A DNA stretch of 63,977 bases, filler included, from Octopus bimaculoides (taxonomy: Eukaryota), in assembly GCF_001194135.2 (NCBI RefSeq). It is 4 parts of 4 records of this genome, joined end to end, with 100 filler letters (N's around TTAATTAATTAA, not from the genome) between each part and the next. Parts side by side here need not be neighbours in the genome. Positions count along the whole stretch, not along the records: positions 35,596 to 62,380 come from NC_068982.1; positions 62,481 to 63,977 come from NC_068993.1; 2 more parts are not named here. One strand, given 5' to 3'. A program made the position numbers and the translations under genes. The first letter of the stretch is position 1. Every line of letters begins with the position of its first letter. The notes below the pieces were generated by a model that was not told the origin of the DNA, made no database searches, and saw nothing but the letters and a program-made list of their open reading frames with translations. Positions 52,980 to 63,977 of this stretch are shown one piece after another.

Positions 52980-53027
52980 TTGATCACCTATCCAAGTACC
53001 TAGCTATTAGACTATCTGTTGAAAATG
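52980..53027 (+). CDS. RNF2: RING1/RING2 coding exon 2 (48 nt; (V)DHLSKYLAIRLSVEN(G), RAWUL helix)
   Basis: Acceptor atttttcag|T at 52979/52980 and donor G|GTAAGT at 53028. Phase 1 at both ends. Completes NAT-VDHLSKYLA(V/I)RL as in RNF2. Confidence 0.95.
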
Positions 53028-53074
53028 GTAAGTACTTTCTGAATATTTGTTAAAATTAACTGCTGTTGTTTGGT

Positions 53075-53285
53075 CTACAGTCAGCCCTAATCTAGCAGAG
53101 CAACGACCAAAAGGGTTTTAGCCTTAAACATCCCATTAGTTTTATTTATTTTTTTCAAATGTCTTTTTACAACTATGTTATCCAATGTGCCCTCTCTTTT
53201 CTAAAACAGTAGGTGTGTATTAAGGGAGATTTCTCTGCTATTTCGAGCAAGTCAAAGTGACCACATAGAGGATCTATTGTTGACT
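53075..53285 (-). mobile_element. Interspersed repeat family E ((AAC)n-tailed retroposon 3' end) immediately downstream of RING1 exon 2
   Basis: Shared with about 4330-4440, 5570-5700, 6975-7130, 15310-15430, 15590-15780, 42175-42280 and 44870-44950 (GATTTGAGGGAGATTTGGCTGCTATTTCTAGCAGG motif). Confidence 0.6.
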
Positions 53286-53379
53286 TATGTTAGAATTAGT
53301 TGAGTAAACTGGGAAGTTATTTTTATGTAGTGAATAATGTTCCAAAGAGAAATAGTTGTTCTTGTTTGGACATGTAATG

Positions 53380-53413
<34 letters not shown>

Positions 53414-53909
53414 TTGAAGAATTGACTAGAGGTAGACAAGTTAGTTCAAGCCTTTAAATATTAGGCCAGACATTAAATGACACAAAATAGAGTCATTGAA
53501 ATATGTTCTGTCTTTTTCCTATGTTAATATAGAAATATATGTATATATGTATTAAAATAGACAATGACAGTGATTGTGATGTTTAAGTGTTGGGCTATTG
53601 TCTACATCTTCATGAGATGAAATTTTGCTACAAGCATTCTATTATTTCTCTAGATGAGCCATATAACTCTGCTTGCTTAAATTTACCAAGCTGAAAATAG
53701 ATGTCACTACAGCTTCATAAACAAGTTGCTAGTCATGGAAAGATTATTTGACTGTAAAAACTTGTGCACCCATGTAAAACTGGTAACAAGCATAACAATT
53801 TTTATTTCAGTTAGTTTTCTATTCTGGTATCATCATCTTCACCACCACCACGATCATTCTTTTTTTTTATATATTGGGGTAGTTTGGATGGGCCTTACTA
53901 CAGCTCACA

Positions 53910-54286
53910 GTGGAGGCGCAATGGCCCAGTGGTTAGGGCAGCGGACTCGTGGTCATAGGATCGCGGTTTCGATTCCCAGACTGGGCGTTGTGAGTGTTTA
54001 TTGAGCGAAAACACATAAAGCTCCACGAGGTTCCGGCAGGGGATGGTGGCGAAACTTGCTGTACTCTTTCACCACAACTTTCTCTCACTCTTACTTCCTG
54101 TTTATGTTGTGCCTGTAATTCAAAGGGTCAGCCTTGTCACACTGTGTCACGCTGAATATACGTTAAGGGTACATGTGTCTGTGGAGTGCTCAGCCACTTG
54201 CACGTTAATTTCACGAGCAGGCTGCTCCGTTGATCGGATCAACTGGAACCCTCGATGTCGTAAGCGACGGAGTGCCAACAACAACA
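53910..54286 (+). mobile_element. SINE family B, full length (tRNA-Arg-like head, (AAC)n tail), in RING1 intron 2
   Basis: A box TGGCCCAGTGG, B box GGTTTCGATTCC. About 90% similar to 61173-61545. TSD ACTACAGCTCA at 53897-53907 and 54287-54297. Confidence 0.9.
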
Positions 54287-54609
54287 ACTACAGCTCAACA
54301 TTTGCCAAGGTCTTCTATCATCTTGCATAGACAGACAGTAAGAGAAACTGGGACCTTTATTATAAAGTTATATTTTTGACATAGCTTTTATGGCTAGATA
54401 CCTCGTCTTTTACCAGCCTTCTTACAGTGTGGATTGAGTGTGTTTTCTCATGCCAGTATTCTAGAACTAGACTATCCTTATTCAGAGTTACTGTTCTCCT
54501 AGATGTGTTGCGTTCAATGCAGTTTCAGAATCCAAATCTTTGTTAATTTATTTTCCTTTTTTTTGGTATGGTTTTTACAGCATAATGCATTTCCTATCAT
54601 CAACTACTT

Positions 54610-55040
54610 TACCACGTGCATCATGCCACCGACAGTATAGAGGCTGTCTCTGATAAGACTAAAATGATCCTCCAACCTTACATTGCCTCTGTTTGTTCTT
54701 GGGCATTAGCCAATCTACCACAGCTCTTCTCTTGTATTTCGCTCCATCATTGCTACAGTCACCTCTGTCCTGCCCACCCAGTCCAAACCTCTGTATCACC
54801 TCACTTATGCCCACCACTCCCAATGTCTCCCAAGGGCATGTCTCGACACACTTTCGCCACCATTTTCCTCACTATTGCCCTCTTTATTTCACTCCCTCAC
54901 TCACCTGTTCTTTTTATCTTACTCTCTATCTTGCTCTCCTTTCTCTTCCAACTGGGGTATCCGTGTATCTACTCTAGAGCAAGGTGCCTATCCTTAGCCC
55001 CCCACCCACTACTCCTCCCTCCCAGCCAAGGAGTTTTGTC
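54610..55040 (+). pseudogene. Decayed CR1-like LINE C-terminal fragment
   Basis: The degenerate translation (DSIEAVSD..ILQP.IASV...CYSHLCP) parallels the CR1 LQPLSHRR.VASL..YRY...CS motif. Heavily mutated. Confidence 0.4.
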
Positions 55041-55090
55041 ATGATATTGGATATATCAATTTACATATCAAACACATTCCTGGAACTGGT

Positions 55091-55711
55091 ATCATCATCA
55101 TCATCATCGTTTAACGTCCGCTTTCCATGCTAGCATGGGTTGGACGATTTGACTGAGGACTGGTGAAACCGGATGGCAACACCAGGCTCCAATCTAATTT
55201 GGCAGAGTTTCTACAGCTGGATGCCCTTCCTAACGCCAACCACTCAGAGAGTGTAGTGGGTGCTTTTACGTGTCACCTGCACGAAGGCCAGTCAGGCGGT
55301 ACTGGCAACGGCCACGCTCAAAATGGTGTATTTTATGTGCCACCCGCACAAGAGCCAGTCCTGGGGCACTGGCAATGATCTCGCTCAAAAATCCTACGAA
55401 GGTCAGTCAGGCGGTACTGGCAATGGCCACAATCAAAATGGTGCATCTTATGTGCCACCCGCACAAGATCCAGTCCAGGGGCACTGGCAACGATCTCACT
55501 TGGTCTCACTTGGCTTGCCAGGTCTTCTCATGCACAGCACATTTCCAAATGTCTCGGTCAGTAGTCATCACCTCGGTGAGGCCCAATGTTCGAAGGTCTT
55601 GCCTCACCACCTCAGCCCAGGTCTTCCTGGGCCTACCTCTTCCATGGGTTCCCGCAACTGTTAGGGTGTGGCACTTTTTCACGCAGCTATCCTCATCCAT
55701 TCTCACCACAA
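55091..55711 (-). mobile_element. 5'-truncated RTE-clade LINE 3' end (family D): ORF C-terminus, 3' UTR and (GAT)n tail, in RING1 intron 2
   Basis: The minus ORF reads VRMDEDSCVKKCHTLTVAGTHGRGRPRKTWAEVVRQDLRTLGLTEVMTTDRDIWK, a typical RTE C-terminus. The 3' UTR has GGTTGGCGTTAGGAAGGGCATCCAGC and a tandem 110-bp duplication. UTR-only copies lie at about 18891-18925, 22116-22250, 22545-22760, 27740-27925, 29965-30215, 32290-32470, 32710-33010, 34808-35022 and 54370-54615. Confidence 0.85.
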
Positions 55712-55996
55712 CTGATGCTTCTTATGTTCAGCTTTTCTCTCAAAAGAATGGTATGTAAACATTAATGACTTGTAGGTATGTGGTATTTCGTTCTGCAACC
55801 ATAATATACTATAAAGTATATTAAATGTTTTTATAAGTCAGTACCACGTTCTACTGCATTAGCAGTACTTTTTACATTATTTTGTTAAGGTTAGTTCTAC
55901 AGATATTCTATAAAATTAAAGCCAGCACTGATTTTTTACTACAACGTTTTGTATTGAGATGTCAGATGTAAACAAACAATGAAATCGAAGACAAAA

Positions 55997-56055
55997 ATGG
56001 GTAATGAGTGTATATGCCATATTTCGTGGGGTCTTGCCCCTTCATCAGTACCCAT
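55997..56055 (-). ncRNA. Hammerhead-like motif with canonical CUGAUGA and GAAA cores
   Basis: The minus strand reads ATGGGTA-CTGATGAA-GGGG CAAGA CCCC AC-GAAA TAT GGC ATA TA-CACTCAT-TACCCAT. The stem I pairing is offset by 7 nt. Confidence 0.45.
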
Positions 56056-56171
56056 CTAACCCATTCTTGCCTCCATACACATTGCTTATATAGCCATCGG
56101 ATGCAGTGGTGTTAAGTTATTGAATATACCAATTTACATATTAAACACATACCTGGAGCTGGTTTGTAAAC

Positions 56172-56275
56172 ATTAATGGCTTGTAAGTATGTGGTATTTC
56201 ATTATGCAACCATAATATACTTTATAGTATATTATGGTTGCATAACAAAATACCACGTACCTACAAGTCATTAAT
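56172..56275. repeat. Near-perfect 50-bp-arm hairpin with 4-nt loop (TTAT) in RING1 intron 2
   Basis: Arms 56172-56221 and 56226-56275. There are 5 non-Watson-Crick positions (2 G.U, 3 A.C). An arm copy lies at 55761-55823. Confidence 0.9.
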
Positions 56276-57353
56276 AACATTATTGTTCATAAATTGTGAG
56301 GCAAAATATCTTCCAGCCTAGTCTTAGGTTATGCAAAGTCTTGAGAGTGAAATTTGGTAGACGGAAATTGCTTAGAAGACTGACAGTATGATACATCTAC
56401 GTGTATGAGATGGTAAGAAAAAAAAATCAGTGCATCAGACGAAATGCCTTGTTGTATTTCAAACCATATTGATTGTCTCATTTACATTTGATTGACTTAA
56501 CATTTTGTCCTTTGAGATTGATGAAATTCGTATTGGATGAAATACTGGTATTGATATTACTGAAGGTAGTGTTCCACTATGGCTGCAATCCAATGACTGA
56601 AACCAGTAAAAGAAATGAAAAGAATAGGAAAATGTGTTTTGTTATGTTTATAATGAATGGGTTATAAAATGTTAATGTAAGCATCGCTGAGATAGACACC
56701 AAGTAGCATCCAGAGCAATCTGGAACGTAACCTTCAACCTCAAGCACAAATATAACGTGGGTATGGAAGTAGAAAGATTATATCATGTACATTGAATATA
56801 TAACTTTTTATATAAATGCATTCCTTATATCTGTTATTGTTTGTCTGTCTCTCTACTTAAATATTTTATGATCACAAGAGAACAACATTTACCTCCAATA
56901 CCATCATTTTATGCTCTTCTGTGTCATTTTTGTTAAAAGGTGCATAAATCTTCTGGAGGTTTAAAAAGACATATAAACATGCATAAAAAGCACAATGAAA
57001 TAACATTCAGAACTGAGACACATTTGCAATATTTGTGGAAAGTTTTTTAAGAGAGTCTCTGGTCTCAAAAGCCATATCTGTTCTCATTTGAGGAGCTAAC
57101 ACTATATTTGTGCTTGAAGTGATCAAGCTATGTTTCAGAACAGACTGCTTTCATGTGTGTGTGTGTGTGTACATTCACATTTATTTTCTGTTCCTATGTT
57201 GCCTTGTTTAATCTGTGTGGTAAATAAATCATAATCATCACCATCATCTTATACATTTAAGCACTGATTTAGATTTAATATTCTTATGCAGATGTGAAAA
57301 GTATCACTGAAATTCTATACTAATATTTTTTTCTTTTTTGTTATTTATTCCAG

Positions 57354-57613
57354 GTTCATTAAGTACACCCGCCGAAAATAACAAGTATATGATTTTTATT
57401 GCAACATCGCCAGGAAATTTTGCACACCTGAATGGTTCTATGACCCTGGATCAGGTGAATGATAAGTACTGGAAAGTCAACAAGCCACTAGAAATGTTTT
57501 ACTCCTTGCAAAAGAAAAGTGGCCAAGATGCTAACTCCTGCACTTTGTCATCCACTTCTTCAGGTAGCTTATGTCAAGTATCATCACAGAAGAAGAGTGG
57601 GGGAGAGAAGTGA
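57354..57613 (+). CDS. RNF2: RING1/RING2 coding exon 3 (RAWUL C-terminal part plus extension; stop TGA 57611-57613)
   Basis: Polypyrimidine tract plus ttccag|G, phase 1. [39 protein letters not shown] matches RNF2 [39 protein letters not shown]. Exon sum 997+48+260=1305 nt = 434 aa plus stop. Confidence 0.95.
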
Positions 57614-58867
57614 GAACTGATGTAGATTGCTGGATAAATCTACTTCCTAACTTGCTGGTTACTTGTCAATCTTTCTCATTTCGCCCTTCTCTCTCCATTT
57701 CTTCAAACATTTTTCATTCAATAGACTATCCATTAGACTGTTCATTTTAACTATTCAATAGAATATTCATTTTGTCTCAAACATCATCATCTCACCTCCT
57801 ATTTTTTTCAATTTAAAAAATTTTTATTTTTCTCTCACCTGATATTTTTAAATTACACCTAGCATCTACTAGTGGGCACCCCCTTTTCATTTCCTCTCTT
57901 CTAATTTTCCTTAATTGCAAATATTTTGCTTTCTTCATTCTTTTCAAGGTACCTGGTCTCTCTCACTTAGTCATTTTTGAATCTAGCTATTAGTCTCATT
58001 TAAACATCGTAGTTTCTATTTCTCATTGGAAACTCATTCACTTCTCTCTCTCTCTTACATTGATTTCTGGTCATCTTTGTTCTCATTACTATATTTTGTG
58101 TACCTTGTTCTTGCTTCTCTTCTCTTTATCATACATAGAATAAAATGCCCTGAACTTTAACTTGTAGCATCTGGTCTAACTTATGGCAAAGCATTGGAGT
58201 GGTTTTACTTGATGCTTTTGATTGCCTCAAAAACTGCCTTCATACAACCTGGAATGTCATTGTAAGATCTTAATAGCCCTACTAACTGTATATTTTAATA
58301 ATTAATAACGTTCCTTTTTTTTTTTTTTTTTTTTTTTACAATACCACTCCCCTTCTCTGCTTGTCTTATATGCCATCATTCTTGTCAAATTGCTATACAA
58401 CAAGATATTCTTTGATGAAAGACAAGGAACATTGAAATTTTAAAAAAAAGAAATTGAAACCATATCGAACAATTTTTTTTTCTTCTCTACATGTATCTAT
58501 TCTATCCTTTACATTTCATTGTATTTTCCATCTATTCTTAATACTGTTTCTCTACTTCCTGTCACCCCAGCCCTCCATTATCCTTAGGGCTAGTCAACCC
58601 AGCTGTGTATTTGGTGGTATTTGTATAATCAGTTTATTATTTAGAAATGATTCAGCAAACTTTCCCACACCTCTTAGCTGTCATTTTAGTTCTACATTTG
58701 GTTGGTTGTGAAAGTATGGACGTTTGGATTATCTCAGCAGCTAGCTGCAGTTCTTCATCTAACTGCTTCAGTGGCCAGAGTTGCTGAACAATTTGCTGCT
58801 GATACATCATCAACTACAACCAACCTATTGACTATGTTCCTTGATAATCTGAATAGTTTTCAACTGG

Positions 58868-58930
58868 AATAAATATATTAATTGTGCTGGTGGTACTTTC
58901 TTCTTCTTTGTTTACTTCTGTTTGTTGTTG
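58868..58930 (+). promoter_or_regulatory. Candidate RING1 polyadenylation signal (AATAAA plus downstream GU/U-rich element)
   Basis: AATAAA at 58868-58873 is followed by tgtgctggtggtactttcttcttctttgttt. Alternative AATAAA at 58139 and 58984. No transcript evidence. Confidence 0.3.
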
Positions 58931-59386
58931 TTAGATTCAAACTCTCATAAATAATTTAATGTGAGTTCTTTTTTTTTAACTAGAATAAATGGTGTTTTTA
59001 CACACACACACACACACACATACATTCAGTCGTAATATATGGATTCATAAAAGCTCCTTAATGTATCATTCACAAATCACATAGAATATATAGTATGATA
59101 CAAAATAAACACACACACACACATATATACACATGCACACACACACACACATATATATAATACAAAGAATATATATGCATGTATACACACATATATGTAC
59201 ATACTTACATCTACATGTGTATATAGATGCATATCAGGGTACAGGACGTTAGAACAATGAACTACAGACAACGGAACGAACACATAGGAAAACAGATAGC
59301 CACTTGGAATAAATCCTTCATCAGCTGCCTCTATTCTAACTAGACGTTTCGAACACACACACACATACACACAAGCATACACTCAC

Positions 59387-59438
<52 letters not shown>

Positions 59439-60229
59439 CATATGTATATCATCATCATTTTAATGTTCACTTTTCCACTTTCGCATAGTTCTGGTGGAAT
59501 GCATAGTGGTAGATTTTCTAGGGCCAGATGCCATTCCTGTCACCAACCCTCACCTGCAAGGTAATATTTCCCCATGGTTAGACATGTTTTCATAGAATAT
59601 TGGAAATGAAGGACACCGCTCATATGACAGTACTGCTTGTAATATAGTTATCATACAATGTCAAGGCAAGGAGACAGTAACACACAGTCATGCTCACACA
59701 CGTGTGTGTGTGTGTGTGTGTTAAACATCTGCAATCATACATACATATGTCTAATAGAATAAAAACATAGACAGGGAAACAACTGGTGACTAGTTAGATT
59801 ATGACATTTATATATTTATATACTGATACAACTTAAGAATAGAAAGGAATGTTTCTGGAGTTTAGATCACAAGAAATCAATAAAAGATTGGTTGAGGAAT
59901 GTTCATAATGGTTATGATATATGCTGGTATTCTTCCAACACAGTTATCAGGTAAGTTTGTATTACTGATAGTGGATGGTAGATTAACGTTGGTGCTAGGA
60001 AGTGCGGTGCCCAATTAGAGAATTGTCAGTGGAGCCCTCTACTCTGCGAAAGCTGAAGATTAATGTTTTATGTTTCATGTAGTACACCAGTCCCAGCCAA
60101 AAAGCATTGAGGGCTTGAGGCTCCACCATTAGTCAAGGATATACTAAAAATTCATCATAGCATTCTCTGCTTGAGCGTTTGCTCAGGGCCCTCTCTTGGT
60201 GTGTGACCCAATTTGAACAAATCTATCCA

Positions 60230-60960
60230 ATTGGCTTAAAAACGTCCCTGAGGCAGGTCATCATAGGTAAAATTCGAAGCTGGATGTGAAGAAGGAAGAT
60301 GTGCAGGTAATACCTTATAATTGTTTCAAGAATAGATGTGCTGTTGGTGCAATTCCTTGCAAGCATTCTGCAACCAGCATTTTAGTGGCAATATGTTCCA
60401 TCTTTGTAAAAAAAAGTGAGTTGGGACTTGGTGAGAAATGAAAACATCAGAGTAGTGGGAAATATATTAGAAGTGAGCATAAAGGAAGAGTGGTAGAATA
60501 CTTCAGGTCATACATAATAAGAGGAAGACAGATAGAATCTAATATAGAAGACTGAGAAATAAACGTCTAGAATTAGAAGATGTGTAGAAACAGGTTGCCA
60601 GTGCCTTTATGTGCAGGGGAGGGGAACGGTGTGAAAGGTACATTGTGTAGAATTGCAGTGGTGAAGGGGCGAGCGATTGAATTATCAGTTAGCCAAACTG
60701 ACCAGAGTGGGCAGTATGTGGTAAGAGGTCTTAAGTTTCAGAGTGAAGGAGATAGGATACCAAGATATAATGTACCTAGGAATAACTTGGCTGTGTGGTA
60801 GGTTGAGATAATTGGGGGAGGGGGTTGTCATTGTAATGTAGGTAGGAAGGAAAGAGTTAAGTTAAGAAGAGGCAAGATGAGAGATATAGAAGAGATAATA
60901 GTGGTAGGGGGTTATAAATTACCCTACTGCTCTAGTATGATAAGATTCACATCTGACTGG
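60230..60960 (-). pseudogene. Decayed CR1-like LINE fragment
   Basis: Pyrimidine-rich minus strand with weak remnants of ILGLSISS, LYKA and WN.LP..F...DL..FK motifs. It has many stops. Confidence 0.45.
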
Positions 60961-61172
60961 TGGACAAATGGTATTCTTAAAATTATTGTAAGGGACTACC
61001 TACAAAGCTTATCCAGCTTTGGATTTTAGTTATGATGATCTGCCTTAACCTACTATCTAATGTCAGTAATATGAAATTAAATTATAACTGTGCTGCAAGA
61101 ATATCAAATATATCACAACCATTATGAACATTCCTCAGCCAAATCTTTTATTGCTTTAATCACATAATGACA

Positions 61173-61545
61173 GTGGAGGCGCAATGGCCCAGTGGTTAGG
61201 GCAGTGGACTCGCGGTCATAGGATTGCGGTTTCGATTCCCAGACCGGGCGTTGTGAGTGTTTATTGAGCGAAAACACCTAAAGCTCCACGAGGCTCCGGC
61301 AGGGGATGGTGGCGAACCCTGCTGTACTCTTTCGCCACAACTTTCTCTCACTCTTTCTTCCTGTTTCTGTTGTACCTGTATTTCAAAGGGCCAGCCTTGT
61401 CACACTGAATATCCCCGAGAACTATGTTAAGGGTACATGTGTCTGTGGATTGCTCAGCCACTTGCATGTTAATTTCATGAGCAGGCTGTTCCGTTGATTG
61501 GATCAACTGGAACCCTCGACGTCGTAAGCGATGGAGTGCCAACAA
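61173..61545 (+). mobile_element. SINE family B, full length
   Basis: Same family as 53910. Perfect 12-bp TSD CACATAATGACA at 61161-61172 and 61546-61557. Confidence 0.92.
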
Positions 61546-62090
61546 CACATAATGACAAAGCAAGGAAACAGTAGCATGTGTGCACATACATGCAAAATTT
61601 TTAAAATGTTGTTTTTCTCCACTCTTGATATTTCTAAATTACACCTAGCATTTAATAGTGGGGACCCCGCTTTTAATGTCTTCTCTAATTTTCCTTAATT
61701 GCAAATATTTTTCAACCGATCCTTTATTTTTTCTGCTCTAAACTCCTGACCTCCCTTCCTTTTTATTCATAAGTTGTATCAATTTATAAATGTAATCTGA
61801 CCAGATATTTGTTATTTACCTGTCTATATCTTTTTTATTCTATTATGCATCTACCAACTCAATTGAAACACTGCCTATAACCAGTCCTCATTTAGGCAGC
61901 TGTGATAGCCTTGCATTTTCAGTTGCAGTTCAAGTTGGAGTTTAGACAGGAAGTCAGCCTGAGCGCTAATTGTATATACCTATTATCTTACATCATCAGA
62001 CATAATATTACATACACACACACGTGTCGTTTACTTGCTTCAACAGGTCTTTGCAAGCAGAGTTTAGTGTTCTATGAAGGAAAGGTACGC

Positions 62091-62122
<32 letters not shown>

Positions 62123-62682
62123 TTTTTTAAATTTTTATTTTTTATTTTTATTTATTTACGGCCTCAAACATCTCATAATACCTTCGCGCTTTAGTTTGCC
62201 CTCTATTATTTATCTTGTTTCTCTCCATGAAATTCAATTGAATTCAGTTGTTGTCTTAAATTCATGCTTATTCATTTTCTAAGCTTCCTAAATTCATGCT
62301 ACGTTATATTCTAATCACATAGAATTCATTGCTCTTTTAAAAATTACAATTTATGCATTGTTGTCTCTCGAATATTTAAANNNNNNNNNNNNNNNNNNNN
62401 NNNNNNNNNNNNNNNNNNNNNNNNTTAATTAATTAANNNNNNNNNNNNNNNNNNNNNNNNNNNNNNNNNNNNNNNNNNNNGCAATACATATGCAACCAAT
62501 GTATACGCAAAGATAGGGCCGCGAGCTCGCAGAATCGTTAGCACGACGGGCAAAATGATCAGTGGCCGTCTTTACGTTTTGAGTTCAAATACCGCCCTAG
62601 AAATGGACTGCTATTTCCAGCAAACATTGGCACCTTGTTGTGCCACTATTTACTATATATATATATATACATGCATTCTTTT

Positions 62683-63063
62683 ATTTTTATTCTTTTATTT
62701 GTTTCAGTCATTTGATTGCAGCCAAACTGGAGCACCGCCTTTAGTCGAGCAAATCGACCCCAGGACTTATTCTTTGTAAGCCTAGCACGTTTTCTATCGG
62801 TCACTTTTGCCGAAGCGCTAAGTTGCGGGGACGTAAACACACCAGCATCGGTTATCAAGCGCTGTTGGGGATGACAAACACAGACACACACACACACACA
62901 TATGTATACATACGACGGGCTTCTTACAGTTTCCGTCCACCAAATCCAGTCGCAAGGCTTTGGTCGGCCCGAGGCTATAGTATCAGACACTTGCCCAAGG
63001 TGCCACGCAGTGGGACTGAACCCGAAACCATGTGGTTGGTAAGTAAGCTACTTACCACACAGC
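62683..63063 (-). mobile_element. SINE family A, full length, CpG-intact
   Basis: Reverse-complement match to the consensus. Confidence 0.88.
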
Positions 63064-63516
63064 CCCCCCCCCCACACACATATCATGCGTACATACTTAT
63101 ACGTATGTATATATGTATGTATGCATATATGTAAGCATGTATGTATGTATATATGTATATATGTATGTATAAAAGTATGTTATTCAAGAATGAATTTCTC
63201 TAGTTACTTTACACCCTAATTTCCTTTTCGTATCATGCAATTAACCGGACAAATTCATTTCTGACTTTTTGAAATTATCTCCCTTTCTTCTTGAGAGGCT
63301 CTAACAATTGCCGCTAGGTTTTTGTTTTCCGTCTCCCACTTAGAATGAAACTTAAAGCTAAAAAATGGTAAAAAGAAAGGAAAAAAGAGAAGGAATTTAC
63401 TGTGTACGGCATTCAGTACATCACCGCTTAGCTTAATTATCCAAATTTCTACTTTAGATCCCCTAAAGTTACTTCTTTTACTTGTCTGTCTTCCTATTTT
63501 TGTTCTTCTCAGTCCT

Positions 63517-63616
<100 letters not shown>

Positions 63617-63977
63617 TCTCTCATTATCTTTGTGTATATATATATAAACACACATATATGTTTATACACACACATACACAAGCATATGAATCCCACCACA
63701 TAAACATATGTTCTTGTGAGATTGTTCGTTAGAACAAAGCTTACAGGTATAACATGAAGTACAGACTACTTCAGTAGGCAGTGTGATGTATATTCTTTAT
63801 TTGGCGAATAGTTTACAATGTTAATTATGTTCTGATACTAAGTGTATCGCTTACACACGCGTATGTCCATCTTTCCACACATCCAAAGAAGCATGCATAC
63901 AAACACACATGTATATATAGATACCCCTATACACACACATACACAAACATATGCATATATATATATATATATATATA

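Overview
Eukaryotic, AT-rich, repeat-dense genomic scaffold with 11 N-gaps. The SINE families and microsatellite load suggest an octopus or other coleoid cephalopod genome (inference, not verified). One protein-coding gene is firmly supported: the Polycomb PRC1 E3 ligase RING1/RNF2 (Sce) on the + strand. It has three coding exons (47548-48544, 52980-53027, 57354-57613; 434 aa), an intact C3HC4 RING, a polyQ/H/N/S linker and a RAWUL domain split across all three exons. The rest is mostly tRNA-headed SINEs (at least four families), RTE- and CR1-type LINE remnants, Tc1/mariner-pogo and hAT MITEs, a Helentron-like element and microsatellites. Most interesting signals: (1) a symmetric 48-nt RING1 micro-exon carrying the CBX/RYBP-binding helix; (2) several Penelope-type minimal hammerhead-like motifs, one inside a roughly 410-515 bp repeat-bounded unit with a 50-bp hairpin in RING1 intron 2; (3) a 1.1-kb inverted duplication; (4) an apparent CpG-poor block at about 19-35 kb that may mark an unannotated gene body; (5) a bipartite non-autonomous RTE. 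No rRNA, true tRNA or CRISPR array is supported, and I cannot claim a wholly new system. Repeat boundaries are approximate (about +/-10-20 bp). All family assignments are from recalled consensus motifs, not database searches.
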